64,000 nucleotides of DNA from Candidatus Sericytochromatia bacterium. GTDB lineage: Bacteria; Cyanobacteriota; Sericytochromatia; S15B-MN24; VGJW01. The stretch spans positions 32,001 to 96,000 of the forward strand of contig JAYKHS010000014.1 in the NCBI GenBank assembly GCA_035285865.1, in the 5' to 3' direction. Made by a program: the position numbers and the translations under genes. The stretch's first letter is position 1. Each line of letters starts with the position of its first letter. The notes beneath the pieces were generated by a model, which worked only from the letters and a program-made list of their open reading frames with translations, was not told the DNA's origin and ran no database searches. Of this stretch, positions 37,705 through 45,735 are shown piece by piece.

Positions 37705-38642
37705 CGCGAGGCCTCGACTGCCGCCCGGTGGCTCGTGATCTCGAGGAACACGTCCTGCAGGCTCCGATGCCGCAGGTCCACCCGCGTCACCGGCCCGAGG
37801 GCCGACAGGCGCGTCATGCAGGCGGCCACCTGATCCGGAGTGAGGTTCCCGACGCGTACCGTCATGCGGCTCTCGTCCCAATCCAGGGCCGGCGGAGGCG
37901 TCGTGTCCTGCGGCATCGTGACCGGGGCCGCATAGGTGACTTCGAGGACTTGTCGCTCGCCTTGGCCCGTCAGCGTCCGCGTGGGTGCCAGCGCAAGGAT
38001 GCGCCCTTCGCGCATGATGCCGATGCGGCTGCAGAGTTGCTCGGCCTCTTCCAGATAATGCGTCGTCAGGATGATCGTCAGCCCCTCGTCCCGGCTGAGG
38101 GCGCGAAGCATAGACCAGAGCGCGAACCGCAGCTCGACGTCCACGCCGGCCGTCGGCTCGTCGAGGACCAGCACGCGCGGCCGATGGATGAGCGCCCGCG
38201 CGATCGTCAGGCGTCGCTTCATGCCCCCGCTCATCTTCTGGACCTCGCCGTCCCACTTGTCCCACAGGTCGAAGCGTTTCAGGAGGTCGTCCGCGCGCTC
38301 CGCACACGTTCGGGCCGGAATGCCGAAGTAGCCGGCCGAGTAGACCAGCGTCTCACGGACCGTCAGGTAGCGATCGAAGTTGTACTCCTGGGGCGCGAGG
38401 CCGATGTAAAGGCGGGCCCTGCGGGGCTCCCGAACCACATCCGCGCCGTGGACCTCGAGCGTCCCCTCGGTCGGAAGCGTCAGGCCGACGAGGCAGGAAA
38501 GCGTCGTGGTCTTGCCTGCACCATTGGGGCCCAGCAGCCCGAAGAACTCGCCTTCCGGAACCTCGAGGTCAAGGCCCCGGACGGCTTCGAGCGTGCCATA
38601 CCGCTTCACCAGGCCCGCGATGCGGACGGCAGCAGCGGTCAG
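37701..38642 (-). CDS. ABC transporter ATP-binding protein (YadG-like)
   Basis: GPNGAGKTT, MSGGMKRR, LDEPTAGVD, TTHYLEEAE; start approximate. Confidence 0.9.
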   Translation of the reverse strand: MTAAAVRIAGLVKRYGTLEAVRGLDLEVPEGEFFGLLGPNGAGKTTTLSCLVGLTLPTEGTLEVHGADVVREPRRARLYIGLAPQEYNFDRYLTVRETLVYSAGYFGIPARTCAERADDLLKRFDLWDKWDGEVQKMSGGMKRRLTIARALIHRPRVLVLDEPTAGVDVELRFALWSMLRALSRDEGLTIILTTHYLEEAEQLCSRIGIMREGRILALAPTRTLTGQGERQVLEVTYAAPVTMPQDTTPPPALDWDESRMTVRVGNLTPDQVAACMTRLSALGPVTRVDLRHRSLQDVFLEITSHRAAVEASR

Positions 38643-38851
38643 ACGACGCCCCCGAACTTCATGGAACCTCGCTTGCGCCGACGTCGCGGCGGCGTCGGGT
38701 CCGGCTCGCCCAGGCTGTCGAGCGGCGTCCAGCCGCACTCCGGGCACTTGGCCGTTTCGAGACGGATGGGATTCGCGTCCGTCGCCGTCACGGTGAAGGT
38801 ATGCTGGCAGCGACGGCAGCAGAAGGTGTAGGTGACGTGCTCCTGCGCCAT
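38639..38851 (-). CDS. Small zinc-ribbon protein
   Basis: YTFCCRRCQHTF...CPECG; stop overlaps the start of the ABC ATPase. Confidence 0.6.
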   Translation of the reverse strand: MAQEHVTYTFCCRRCQHTFTVTATDANPIRLETAKCPECGWTPLDSLGEPDPTPPRRRRKRGSMKFGGVV

Positions 38852-38871
38852 GATGGGGAGAAGTCTAGCAG

Positions 38872-39825
38872 ATGGACGCGCAACAACTGGTGACGGCTGT
38901 CCCTGGCTGCGGACCGTCCCGACCCGTGGGCATGCTCCGGGTCGAGGGCACGGAGGCCGCCGCGTTCCTCAATGGCTACACGACCCAGGAGGTCGCCACG
39001 CTGGTCCCCGGCGAGGTCCGGCTGGGCGCCATCACCGACTGGAAGGGCCAGGTGACGGATGTCGTGACCTTCGCGGGCCTGACGGATGCGGTGCTGGTCT
39101 CGGGCAGTCCAGGTCGTGCAGCAGAAGTCCACAAGGGCCTGCGGCGCTACCTGCTGGGCGTCGATGTCCGGCTCATGCCCGTGAGCGGTTGGCTGGCCCT
39201 CGAGTTGGACCCTGGGGCACGCCCGATGCCCGCGGTTCTCGAGGATACCGGGGCCATTGCCGCCGTACTCGGTCTCTCGGGGGTGCCGGGAGTCCGGGCG
39301 GTGCTGCTCGGTGCGGTCACGCCCTCCGCAGGCCCCGCTGCGCGGTTGCTCGTCCCCGAGGGTGATCTCCCTGCCTGGGGTGAGGCGATTCGGGCCGCCG
39401 GGTGGTCGTCGCGAGACCAGGAAACCTTCGACCGCCAGCGGATCCGATCGGGCTGGCCGGAGCCGGACCGGGATCTGCCGGCGGCCTGCAATCCCTGGGA
39501 GGCGCGGCTCGCACCCTTCGTCCGCATGGACAAGGGCTGCTATCTGGGCCAGGAAGTCGTGGCCCGCCTGATCAACTACAAGCGCGTCCAGCGCTGGTTG
39601 ATGGGCACCCGGTCCACGGCGGCCGTCCCCGAGGGCACGCCCCTCCTTTCCGGTGAGGAAACGGTCGGTCGCATGGGCTCGTCCGTCCCGGATGCGGCGG
39701 GCCAATGGGTGGGCCTTGCCCTCGTCGGGGCTGCCTTGGCGGTGCCCGGCGCTGTCGTCCGGACAGCCGAGGGGCAGGAACTGACGCTTGAGGAGCGGCC
39801 CCTGTGGGCCGGGATCACGGATTGA
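38872..39825 (+). CDS. ygfZ: Folate-binding protein YgfZ (GcvT-like)
   Basis: Signature KGCYLGQEVVAR. Confidence 0.9.
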   Translation: MDAQQLVTAVPGCGPSRPVGMLRVEGTEAAAFLNGYTTQEVATLVPGEVRLGAITDWKGQVTDVVTFAGLTDAVLVSGSPGRAAEVHKGLRRYLLGVDVRLMPVSGWLALELDPGARPMPAVLEDTGAIAAVLGLSGVPGVRAVLLGAVTPSAGPAARLLVPEGDLPAWGEAIRAAGWSSRDQETFDRQRIRSGWPEPDRDLPAACNPWEARLAPFVRMDKGCYLGQEVVARLINYKRVQRWLMGTRSTAAVPEGTPLLSGEETVGRMGSSVPDAAGQWVGLALVGAALAVPGAVVRTAEGQELTLEERPLWAGITD

Positions 39826-40477
39826 GGCGTGATCGCAGCCAACGGATGCCGAGGATGCCGGCCAGAAGGGTAAGCTGACGCCAGTCCGCCCGGGCCGCGA
39901 CATGCGGCGAACGGGCCCGGGAGGAGGGGCCGGCATGTTGTCCTGCGGTCCCGGAGGCCACGGTCCACGACACCGCCACCGCCGGCATGCCCTTGAAGCA
40001 ACCGGTGTCGCCCGAGGCCGGATCGTGGACGAGGGCAAACTGCCAGGGTTGGCGGAAGTGGTGCGCGTGCGTGTGCTGATCCGTGCCCGAAAGGAAGACG
40101 CCAAGGCCGGGATGCGTGTGGTACCAGCCGACCACGGCAAGCTCCGGAGCTTCCCTCGCCATCCGCGCCAGCAGGGCGTCCCACGTTTGCGGGGTGAAGG
40201 CAAGATGCACGCCGGAGCCCAGGGTGTCGGGAGCCTCGAAGGCCGTGGTGGCCTCGATCAGCGTGTCGGTGGCGTCATGGTGGACCTTGCCGAGCAGCAG
40301 GCCGCCCACCTCGCAGGAAGGTGACGCGGCCCCATGCCGTTCGATCAGGGCCAGGCAGGAAGCGTGCAGCACCACCGACGCGGATGAGGCTGACGGCCCC
40401 AGCGCACGCCGCCGCCCGGCCGGGTCTGTCGCGGCCTCGACCCACGGATCGGGCGTGGTCTCGCGCCACTCGATCAC
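39815..40477 (-). CDS. JAB/MPN (Mov34) metallopeptidase with C-terminal hydrophobic tail
   Basis: EVGGLLLG...VVGWYHTHPGLGVFLSGTD (E-xn-HxH-x7-S-x2-D); tail LTLLAGILGIRWL. Confidence 0.9.
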   Translation of the reverse strand: MIEWRETTPDPWVEAATDPAGRRRALGPSASSASVVLHASCLALIERHGAASPSCEVGGLLLGKVHHDATDTLIEATTAFEAPDTLGSGVHLAFTPQTWDALLARMAREAPELAVVGWYHTHPGLGVFLSGTDQHTHAHHFRQPWQFALVHDPASGDTGCFKGMPAVAVSWTVASGTAGQHAGPSSRARSPHVAARADWRQLTLLAGILGIRWLRSRLNP

Positions 40478-40481
40478 GGCG

Positions 40482-40997
40482 TCAGACGTCCCGCCATTCG
40501 AGGCGCGGCTTTGCGACCTCGGTGGCTTCTGCCGGTCCGGGCCGATCGGCCAGCGGAAACAGGTCCGGATGGGCTTCGTACCAGTCCGCGGCCTCGCCGT
40601 TCGCTGCGCTGTCGAAGTCGAAGAGCTGCGGATCGCAACGCAGGATGTCGATCAGCCGCATCACGAGGTCGCCCAGGGTCTCCCCGACCATCCAGCGCGA
40701 TCCCAAGCAGAACGTGCCGTTGGCGAAGACATGGGGATGGAAGACCGGCGACAAGGCCCGGACGATCGGTGCCTCGAGCGGATAGGCCGAGGTCAGTCGG
40801 ATCTCGATGCGGTGCTGTTCGCGGCGGACCGGGGTTTCGCCATCCAGCTTCTCGATGGCGGGCATCGTCAGGCGGATGAGGTGCCTGTCAGGCGGGGTGC
40901 CTTGCGATTGCAGGACCTCGACCACCGTCGGCAGTGTTTTCGCCACGGCGGCCAGCGCCCGGGCATCGGCATCGAGGCGACGTCGGCGGGCCTCCAT
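40482..40997 (-). CDS. Ubiquitin-conjugating enzyme E2-like protein
   Basis: RRRRL.AD N-terminus; AYPLEAP..., VFHPHVFANGTFCLG..W, L.DLV, SAANGEAA (UBC fold, catalytic Cys). Confidence 0.88.
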   Translation of the reverse strand: MEARRRRLDADARALAAVAKTLPTVVEVLQSQGTPPDRHLIRLTMPAIEKLDGETPVRREQHRIEIRLTSAYPLEAPIVRALSPVFHPHVFANGTFCLGSRWMVGETLGDLVMRLIDILRCDPQLFDFDSAANGEAADWYEAHPDLFPLADRPGPAEATEVAKPRLEWRDV

Positions 40998-40998
40998 C

Positions 40999-41259
40999 TC
41001 AGGCCCCGGCCTCCAGCAGCGGCACCACTTCGAGCAGGTCTCCGCTCTGGACGCCGCAGGGCCCGAGCGCACCTTGCGCGGGCAACTGTCGGCCAAGGCG
41101 GACGCAACGCAGCATGAAGTCGGTGTCGCGCGGCAGGCGCCAGTTCTGACGGCTGGCCTCGATCAGCTCCTCGACCGTGTAGTCGATGGGCAGCCGGACT
41201 TCGGCCTGCCGCGACTTGTCGAGGGTCCGAATGGTCACGGCAATCACGTCGTCGTCCAC
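40999..41259 (-). CDS. Ubiquitin-like (beta-grasp, EsaB/YukD-like) protein
   Basis: GTG start with AGGAGG RBS; IAVTIRT...V.LP.D.TVEELI...L...GVQSGDLLEVVPLLEAGA, 86 aa, penultimate Gly. Confidence 0.8.
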   Translation of the reverse strand: MDDDVIAVTIRTLDKSRQAEVRLPIDYTVEELIEASRQNWRLPRDTDFMLRCVRLGRQLPAQGALGPCGVQSGDLLEVVPLLEAGA

Positions 41260-41263
41260 GGAT

Positions 41264-42406
41264 TCATTCCTCCTGAATCCATGATGCCCCACAGGCGACC
41301 CACTGCGTCGTCAGATCCGCGATGCCGATCACGTGACCGGCAACCAGGCCCCACTCCGCAAGAGTGCGGTCCCGGTTCGGGGTCGTACCGTCGATGGCCT
41401 CGAGGGTCGTGACCCAGCGCTCCTCGTGGCATCCCGGGCAGGCTGCATCCCGTCGGGAAACCCGCGCCACCGGAGCCAGCACGGCCTCTTCGGTGGCACA
41501 TGTCCTGCACTCTAGGCTCACGGCCACCGCGAAGGGCAGCAGGATGCGCCGGTCCGCGTGACCGGCCAGCAGGTCCGTCGGCCGGATGGCCTCGGGTGCC
41601 GGTCCCTGCGCGAGGTCCGGCAGGCATCCGTGCTCGGGGCAGGACTCGGTTTCGGGCAGCAGGTCCTCGAGAAGGACGGGCGGATGGAGTTGTAGGGTCC
41701 GGCGCGTGCCCGCCGCCATCGGGGTCCATGTCGGAAACGCGAGGGCCAGGACCTGGTCCACCAGCATGGCTCCGGCCAGGGAGGCCGTCACGGCAGTGGT
41801 GGGCACGGCCGTTCCCGAGGATTCGCGCAGCAGACCGGCACAACTGCGGGACGCCTGCAGGCGGCGTTGCATGCCGGGGGTCATGCCGCAGGCGTAGCAG
41901 GCACCTGTCGTCCCGTCCCCGTAGCGGCTGACCTGGCACGCCTCGGCAGACAGCCCTCCGTCCAGATAGGGCACGCCCGCCCGCAGGCAGAGGCGGTTCA
42001 GGGCAAGGCGCGCTCCGACGGAGTCGAGGCAGCCGATGACTGCGTCGGCCTTTCGGACCGTCGCGATGCCGAGGTCTGTCCCCACGTCCCCGATCACCGC
42101 CTCCACATGCAGGCCGGGAGACAGTTCGCGCAGGCGTTCGGCCGCGACGAGGGCCTTTGGGCGGCCGAGATCGTCCGTGCGGAAAAGCACCGAGCGCACC
42201 AGGTTGCTGGCCTCGATGCGATCGCGGTCGAGGACGAGCACCTGCCCCACCCCGACCAGGGCCAGACCCTTCAGAACCTCGTTGCCGAGCGCTCCCGCAC
42301 CCGCCACGATGATCCGGGTCCGGGCCAGTCGCTCCGTGTCCCAGCCGGAAATCAGGCGATGGCGGGCGTGTCGGTCCCGCTCCGGCAGGGGGAAGGCGTC
42401 GCTCAC
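41264..42406 (-). CDS. E1-like ThiF/UBA adenylating enzyme with C-terminal zinc-finger extension
   Basis: RHARH..W, GAGALGNE, DRDRIEASNLVRS, GRPKA, GCLDS..AR, CYAC, RSC (putative catalytic Cys), CRTC/CPGC. Confidence 0.9.
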   Translation of the reverse strand: MSDAFPLPERDRHARHRLISGWDTERLARTRIIVAGAGALGNEVLKGLALVGVGQVLVLDRDRIEASNLVRSVLFRTDDLGRPKALVAAERLRELSPGLHVEAVIGDVGTDLGIATVRKADAVIGCLDSVGARLALNRLCLRAGVPYLDGGLSAEACQVSRYGDGTTGACYACGMTPGMQRRLQASRSCAGLLRESSGTAVPTTAVTASLAGAMLVDQVLALAFPTWTPMAAGTRRTLQLHPPVLLEDLLPETESCPEHGCLPDLAQGPAPEAIRPTDLLAGHADRRILLPFAVAVSLECRTCATEEAVLAPVARVSRRDAACPGCHEERWVTTLEAIDGTTPNRDRTLAEWGLVAGHVIGIADLTTQWVACGASWIQEE

Positions 42407-43068
42407 GCGTCACCCGCTCCGTTCAGCGTGATCTGCTCGGGCGACTTGGGCAGGATCTCGAGCCCGTATGCGGGATGATCCCGCAGCAGTCCGCGGACCC
42501 GGACGTACCGGCCGACCCAGTCCTCGAACCGGTGTCCGGCCTGCTCCCAGCGCTCGAGGTCTCCGCTGAACACGACCAGTTTGAAACCGTCGAAGGGATT
42601 TCTGCTGGCGTGGAACTTGATGAAGTGGGTGCCGGTGGCCCGCGAGACCTGATGACCCAGCACCCGCCCCTCGAAGACCACGACGGTGTTGGCATGGCCC
42701 TCGAGGTCCGAGAGGCCCAGCACGCGCTCGGCCTGCCGATCCCCCGCGACGAGTGCCACCTGCCCGGGTTGGCCCAGTACCTGCCAGGACATGCCCGAGG
42801 TCTGCCGGCAGTTGACGCAGGCACCCGCATTGTGGGTCTGGAGGAAGGTCCACGAACTGGGGTGGTAGCCGGTCTGGCAGTGGGTGCACAGGACGATGCG
42901 GGCCCCGGGGACAAGCGGTGTCCCGTCGAGGGGATCGTGTGCCGTGCCGCCGGATTGCCCGAAGCTCACGGGCCGCGCGGGCTCGGGTCCTTCCTCGCCG
43001 GGTTCCGGCGGGGCACCGTTGTCCCGCCATTCGAGCGGGCGTCGCCCCCTAGAGGGTGGGGACGTCAT
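42403..43068 (-). CDS. RING-like zinc finger + OB-fold protein (candidate E3/sensor)
   Basis: DPLD-x-CTHC-x4-H..SW-x-CVNC followed by VVFEGRV...HFIKF...FKLVVF...VGRYVRVRG. Confidence 0.65.
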   Translation of the reverse strand: MTSPPSRGRRPLEWRDNGAPPEPGEEGPEPARPVSFGQSGGTAHDPLDGTPLVPGARIVLCTHCQTGYHPSSWTFLQTHNAGACVNCRQTSGMSWQVLGQPGQVALVAGDRQAERVLGLSDLEGHANTVVVFEGRVLGHQVSRATGTHFIKFHASRNPFDGFKLVVFSGDLERWEQAGHRFEDWVGRYVRVRGLLRDHPAYGLEILPKSPEQITLNGAGDA

Positions 43069-43540
43069 GTCGCCAGCCTTCGCGCCAGTCGGGCAGGTTC
43101 GGGCGACCGTCGACCGTCAGCGCGATCCCGGTGTCCCCCAGCAACTCGACGGTGATCGGTTGGTCCTGCTCCTTGCCCTGGAGCAGGTCGGCACGGACCC
43201 AGAAGGCACTGCCCCCCAGTTGCAGGGAGACCCAGCCTTCGAGCGTATCGCTTCCGCCAAGCTTCCCCATGACGCAGCGCACCTTGCCGCGGCCCAGATC
43301 TCCCTGAATGACGGAACGGCGCGCTTCGATGCGGCGCCAGGCCCACCAGGAGGGGATCAGGGCAAGCACCCCGGGGAAGAGCCATCCGGGCTCGCGTGAC
43401 CAGGCGGCCGCGCAAGCAGGCAGCAAGGTCGGCAACCACGCCGCACGGCCGGCCCACCGGAGCCAGGTCATTCGTTGGCGCAGGTGGCGCCGCTCCTCGT
43501 TCGTCAGGCTGCGCTGCGAGGTGAGGAATGCCGCCTTCAC
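43049..43540 (-). CDS. Hypothetical two-TM membrane protein
   Basis: GTG overlapping the upstream stop; two Trp-rich hydrophobic segments then a small beta domain. Confidence 0.55.
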   Translation of the reverse strand: MKAAFLTSQRSLTNEERRHLRQRMTWLRWAGRAAWLPTLLPACAAAWSREPGWLFPGVLALIPSWWAWRRIEARRSVIQGDLGRGKVRCVMGKLGGSDTLEGWVSLQLGGSAFWVRADLLQGKEQDQPITVELLGDTGIALTVDGRPNLPDWREGWRHDVPTL

Positions 43541-44220
43541 GGCAACAGGCCCTCGGCACGGCACGCTTCGATGAAGCGCGTGGCACGGCCCGGATCAGGG
43601 AACGCCATGCGTCGGGTCAGGGCAGGCTCTGCGCTCTGGCCGGACTCGACCATGCCACAGCGCCTGTAGAAGAGGTCCGAGCCCGATTTCAGCAACGCGT
43701 CCAGCACCAGGGCTGCCTCGAGGCGCGAGGCCTCGTAGAGGGAGGCGACAAGCAGGAGCTTGCCGATGCCCTTCAGCGGCGAACCCGGCAGGCGCTCGAG
43801 GTATCGGACCTCGAGCACGGGCACCGGGCCACTGCGGTCCATCCCGACGGCGACTCCACCCACGATGCGCCGGGCCGTACCGCCGGGGTCGAGCAACTCG
43901 ACGACCATCAGGCTCGAGGCCTTGCCGAAATCCACGTGGCCCTTGACGTCGCGTCCCGACGCGCGGCCGAGGGCCAGCCCGACCCAGTCGAACCAGGTGG
44001 GCTCCGGCCAACGTGCGAAGACCTGCGCGTCCTCCGGTCGGCCCCTGCGGATGACCACAGGTACGGGCACACCGTCCGGGCCTGTCAGCGCGGCCATCTC
44101 GATCAGCCCCGCAGGGCGTGCCTGGCCGATCAGCGATCCGGTCGACGTGCGTTCGCCGGGACGCCCCGGTCCCTTGGCCTTCCGGGACTTCCGGCGCTTG
44201 AAGAGCCTGGAGAGCCACAT
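43537..44220 (-). CDS. GNAT-like acetyltransferase
   Basis: LEVRYLE, KGIGKLLL (motif A-like), LVLDAL, FYRRCGM. Confidence 0.55.
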   Translation of the reverse strand: MWLSRLFKRRKSRKAKGPGRPGERTSTGSLIGQARPAGLIEMAALTGPDGVPVPVVIRRGRPEDAQVFARWPEPTWFDWVGLALGRASGRDVKGHVDFGKASSLMVVELLDPGGTARRIVGGVAVGMDRSGPVPVLEVRYLERLPGSPLKGIGKLLLVASLYEASRLEAALVLDALLKSGSDLFYRRCGMVESGQSAEPALTRRMAFPDPGRATRFIEACRAEGLLP

Positions 44221-44313
44221 GCCTTCATCCTACCGCACGGAAACCCGCCGGGGACTTGGGCAGAAAGGCCGGTCCTGATACGATCGCAACGTCCCAGTCA
44301 AAGGAGTCCGGGC

Positions 44314-44907
44314 ATGCTTCTGGCCGCTACCCTGGCGTCTGCCATGCAGATGCCCTTCTTGACCGACCTGCTCGAGGGCTTCAGTCCCGCGCCGGATCCG
44401 GACGGAGAGGGCATCGTCGTGCGCATCCGTGACACGGAGCGGGATTCCATGAAGATCGTCCAGGGCCAGATCAACGCACCGGTCCCCCCTGCGGTGCTCT
44501 GGAGCGTCATCACCGACTACGAGGCCTATCCGCGAATCTTCGACCGATATCGGAAGATGGAGATCCTCGAGAAATCGGGGAGCTGGGAACTGCATCGGTC
44601 CGAGGTCGATTATCCGATCTTCGGTTCGCGCTGGGTCTCCAACGTGCTCCAGCACGATCGGCCCGGCTTGAAGATCCGCTTCCAGCGCGCCGAGGGCACC
44701 ATCAAGCAGGTCGAGGGCGTCTGGACCTTGAAGGAGACGGCCCCGGGACGTTCGATGATGCGTTACGCGGTGCGTTTGGACCCGGGCCTGCCTTTCGTCC
44801 CGAGCTGGGTCGTCACTTGGGGGACCCAGACGATGATGCCCTCCATCCTGCGTTCGGTGGCCAACGAGGCCGTCAAGCGCCACCGCGCGACCGCCAAGGC
44901 CAGCTGA
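44314..44907 (+). CDS. SRPBCC/polyketide-cyclase family protein
   Basis: I.APVP..VLWSVITDYE.YP..F, EG.IKQVEG.W.L; RBS aaggag. Confidence 0.8.
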   Translation: MLLAATLASAMQMPFLTDLLEGFSPAPDPDGEGIVVRIRDTERDSMKIVQGQINAPVPPAVLWSVITDYEAYPRIFDRYRKMEILEKSGSWELHRSEVDYPIFGSRWVSNVLQHDRPGLKIRFQRAEGTIKQVEGVWTLKETAPGRSMMRYAVRLDPGLPFVPSWVVTWGTQTMMPSILRSVANEAVKRHRATAKAS

Positions 44908-45691
44908 GTCGGATCCAGCGGGCCAGCGACCGACCGCCGCCGCCGCCGTGGCGGATGCGCAGGTCGTGCAGCCGGTTGACCGAAGGCAGCGCGGGGCGGC
45001 CCTTGCCATCAAGGAAAGCCGCATCCAGCGCGTCGGCCTGCCAGCGGCAGGCATAGGCTTCGATGTCCTTGCGCCAGGCGTCGCGCACGGCGTAAGAGCC
45101 GTAGGTCCTGCACAGCAGGGGGCGGACGGGGTGGATGCTGCAGCGGTCGTCCTCGAGGAACGGGCACGACAGGTTCAGTGCTCCGGGCCGCAGATGCAGG
45201 TTCCACGGCAGCCGCATCACGCGTTCCGCCAACCACAAGGCAAGTCCATGGGGGCCGTGAGTCCTCCGGTATCGTGCAGCGAAGCGGTGCCGTGCCGCGT
45301 CGTCCCAGTTGGCCTCGACCCAGTCGCGGATGGCCTCCCACTCCCGGGGCAACACGAGGAAGTAGGCGGTCGGGTACGTGCAGCAGCCACTGCAGCCCTC
45401 CCGGCAGCGACTTTCGGGGTAGGCCGCGGCCACCCCCGCCGAAATCCTGTCGGCTAGCCGGTAGAGCGCTTGCAAGGCACGGGAGGGACGCCAGCCAGGT
45501 GCCTCGAGCGCATTCATCTCCAGCCGCGCCTCTCCCAAGGCACGGGCCAGCGGAGCGAATTCGGGCCTTCCTCCCAGCATCGGCAGCGGCAGGTAGGTGG
45601 CCGGAGGGGCCTTGGCACGCTCGCGAACGAGTATCTCCCCGAAGGACGCGTCGCTGTCGGAGTTCTGCGGGAATTCGAAGTCGGAATTCAT
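44873..45691 (-). CDS. YkgJ family Zn/Fe-chelating cysteine-cluster protein
   Basis: CREGCSGCC...CPFLEDDRCSIHPVRPLLCRTY. Confidence 0.85.
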   Translation of the reverse strand: MNSDFEFPQNSDSDASFGEILVRERAKAPPATYLPLPMLGGRPEFAPLARALGEARLEMNALEAPGWRPSRALQALYRLADRISAGVAAAYPESRCREGCSGCCTYPTAYFLVLPREWEAIRDWVEANWDDAARHRFAARYRRTHGPHGLALWLAERVMRLPWNLHLRPGALNLSCPFLEDDRCSIHPVRPLLCRTYGSYAVRDAWRKDIEAYACRWQADALDAAFLDGKGRPALPSVNRLHDLRIRHGGGGGRSLARWIRLSWPWRSRGGA

Positions 45692-45735
45692 CTGGTCTTT
45701 ACCGGATTCGGTCAGGGTTGGCCGATGACCATGGC

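Noticed and set aside
39815..42406. Interpretation as CBASS or as ThiS/MoaD sulfur-transfer biosynthesis
   Set aside because: No CD-NTase or cyclic-nucleotide effector nearby, no thiamine, molybdopterin or cysteine synthase genes, and a bona fide E2 is present
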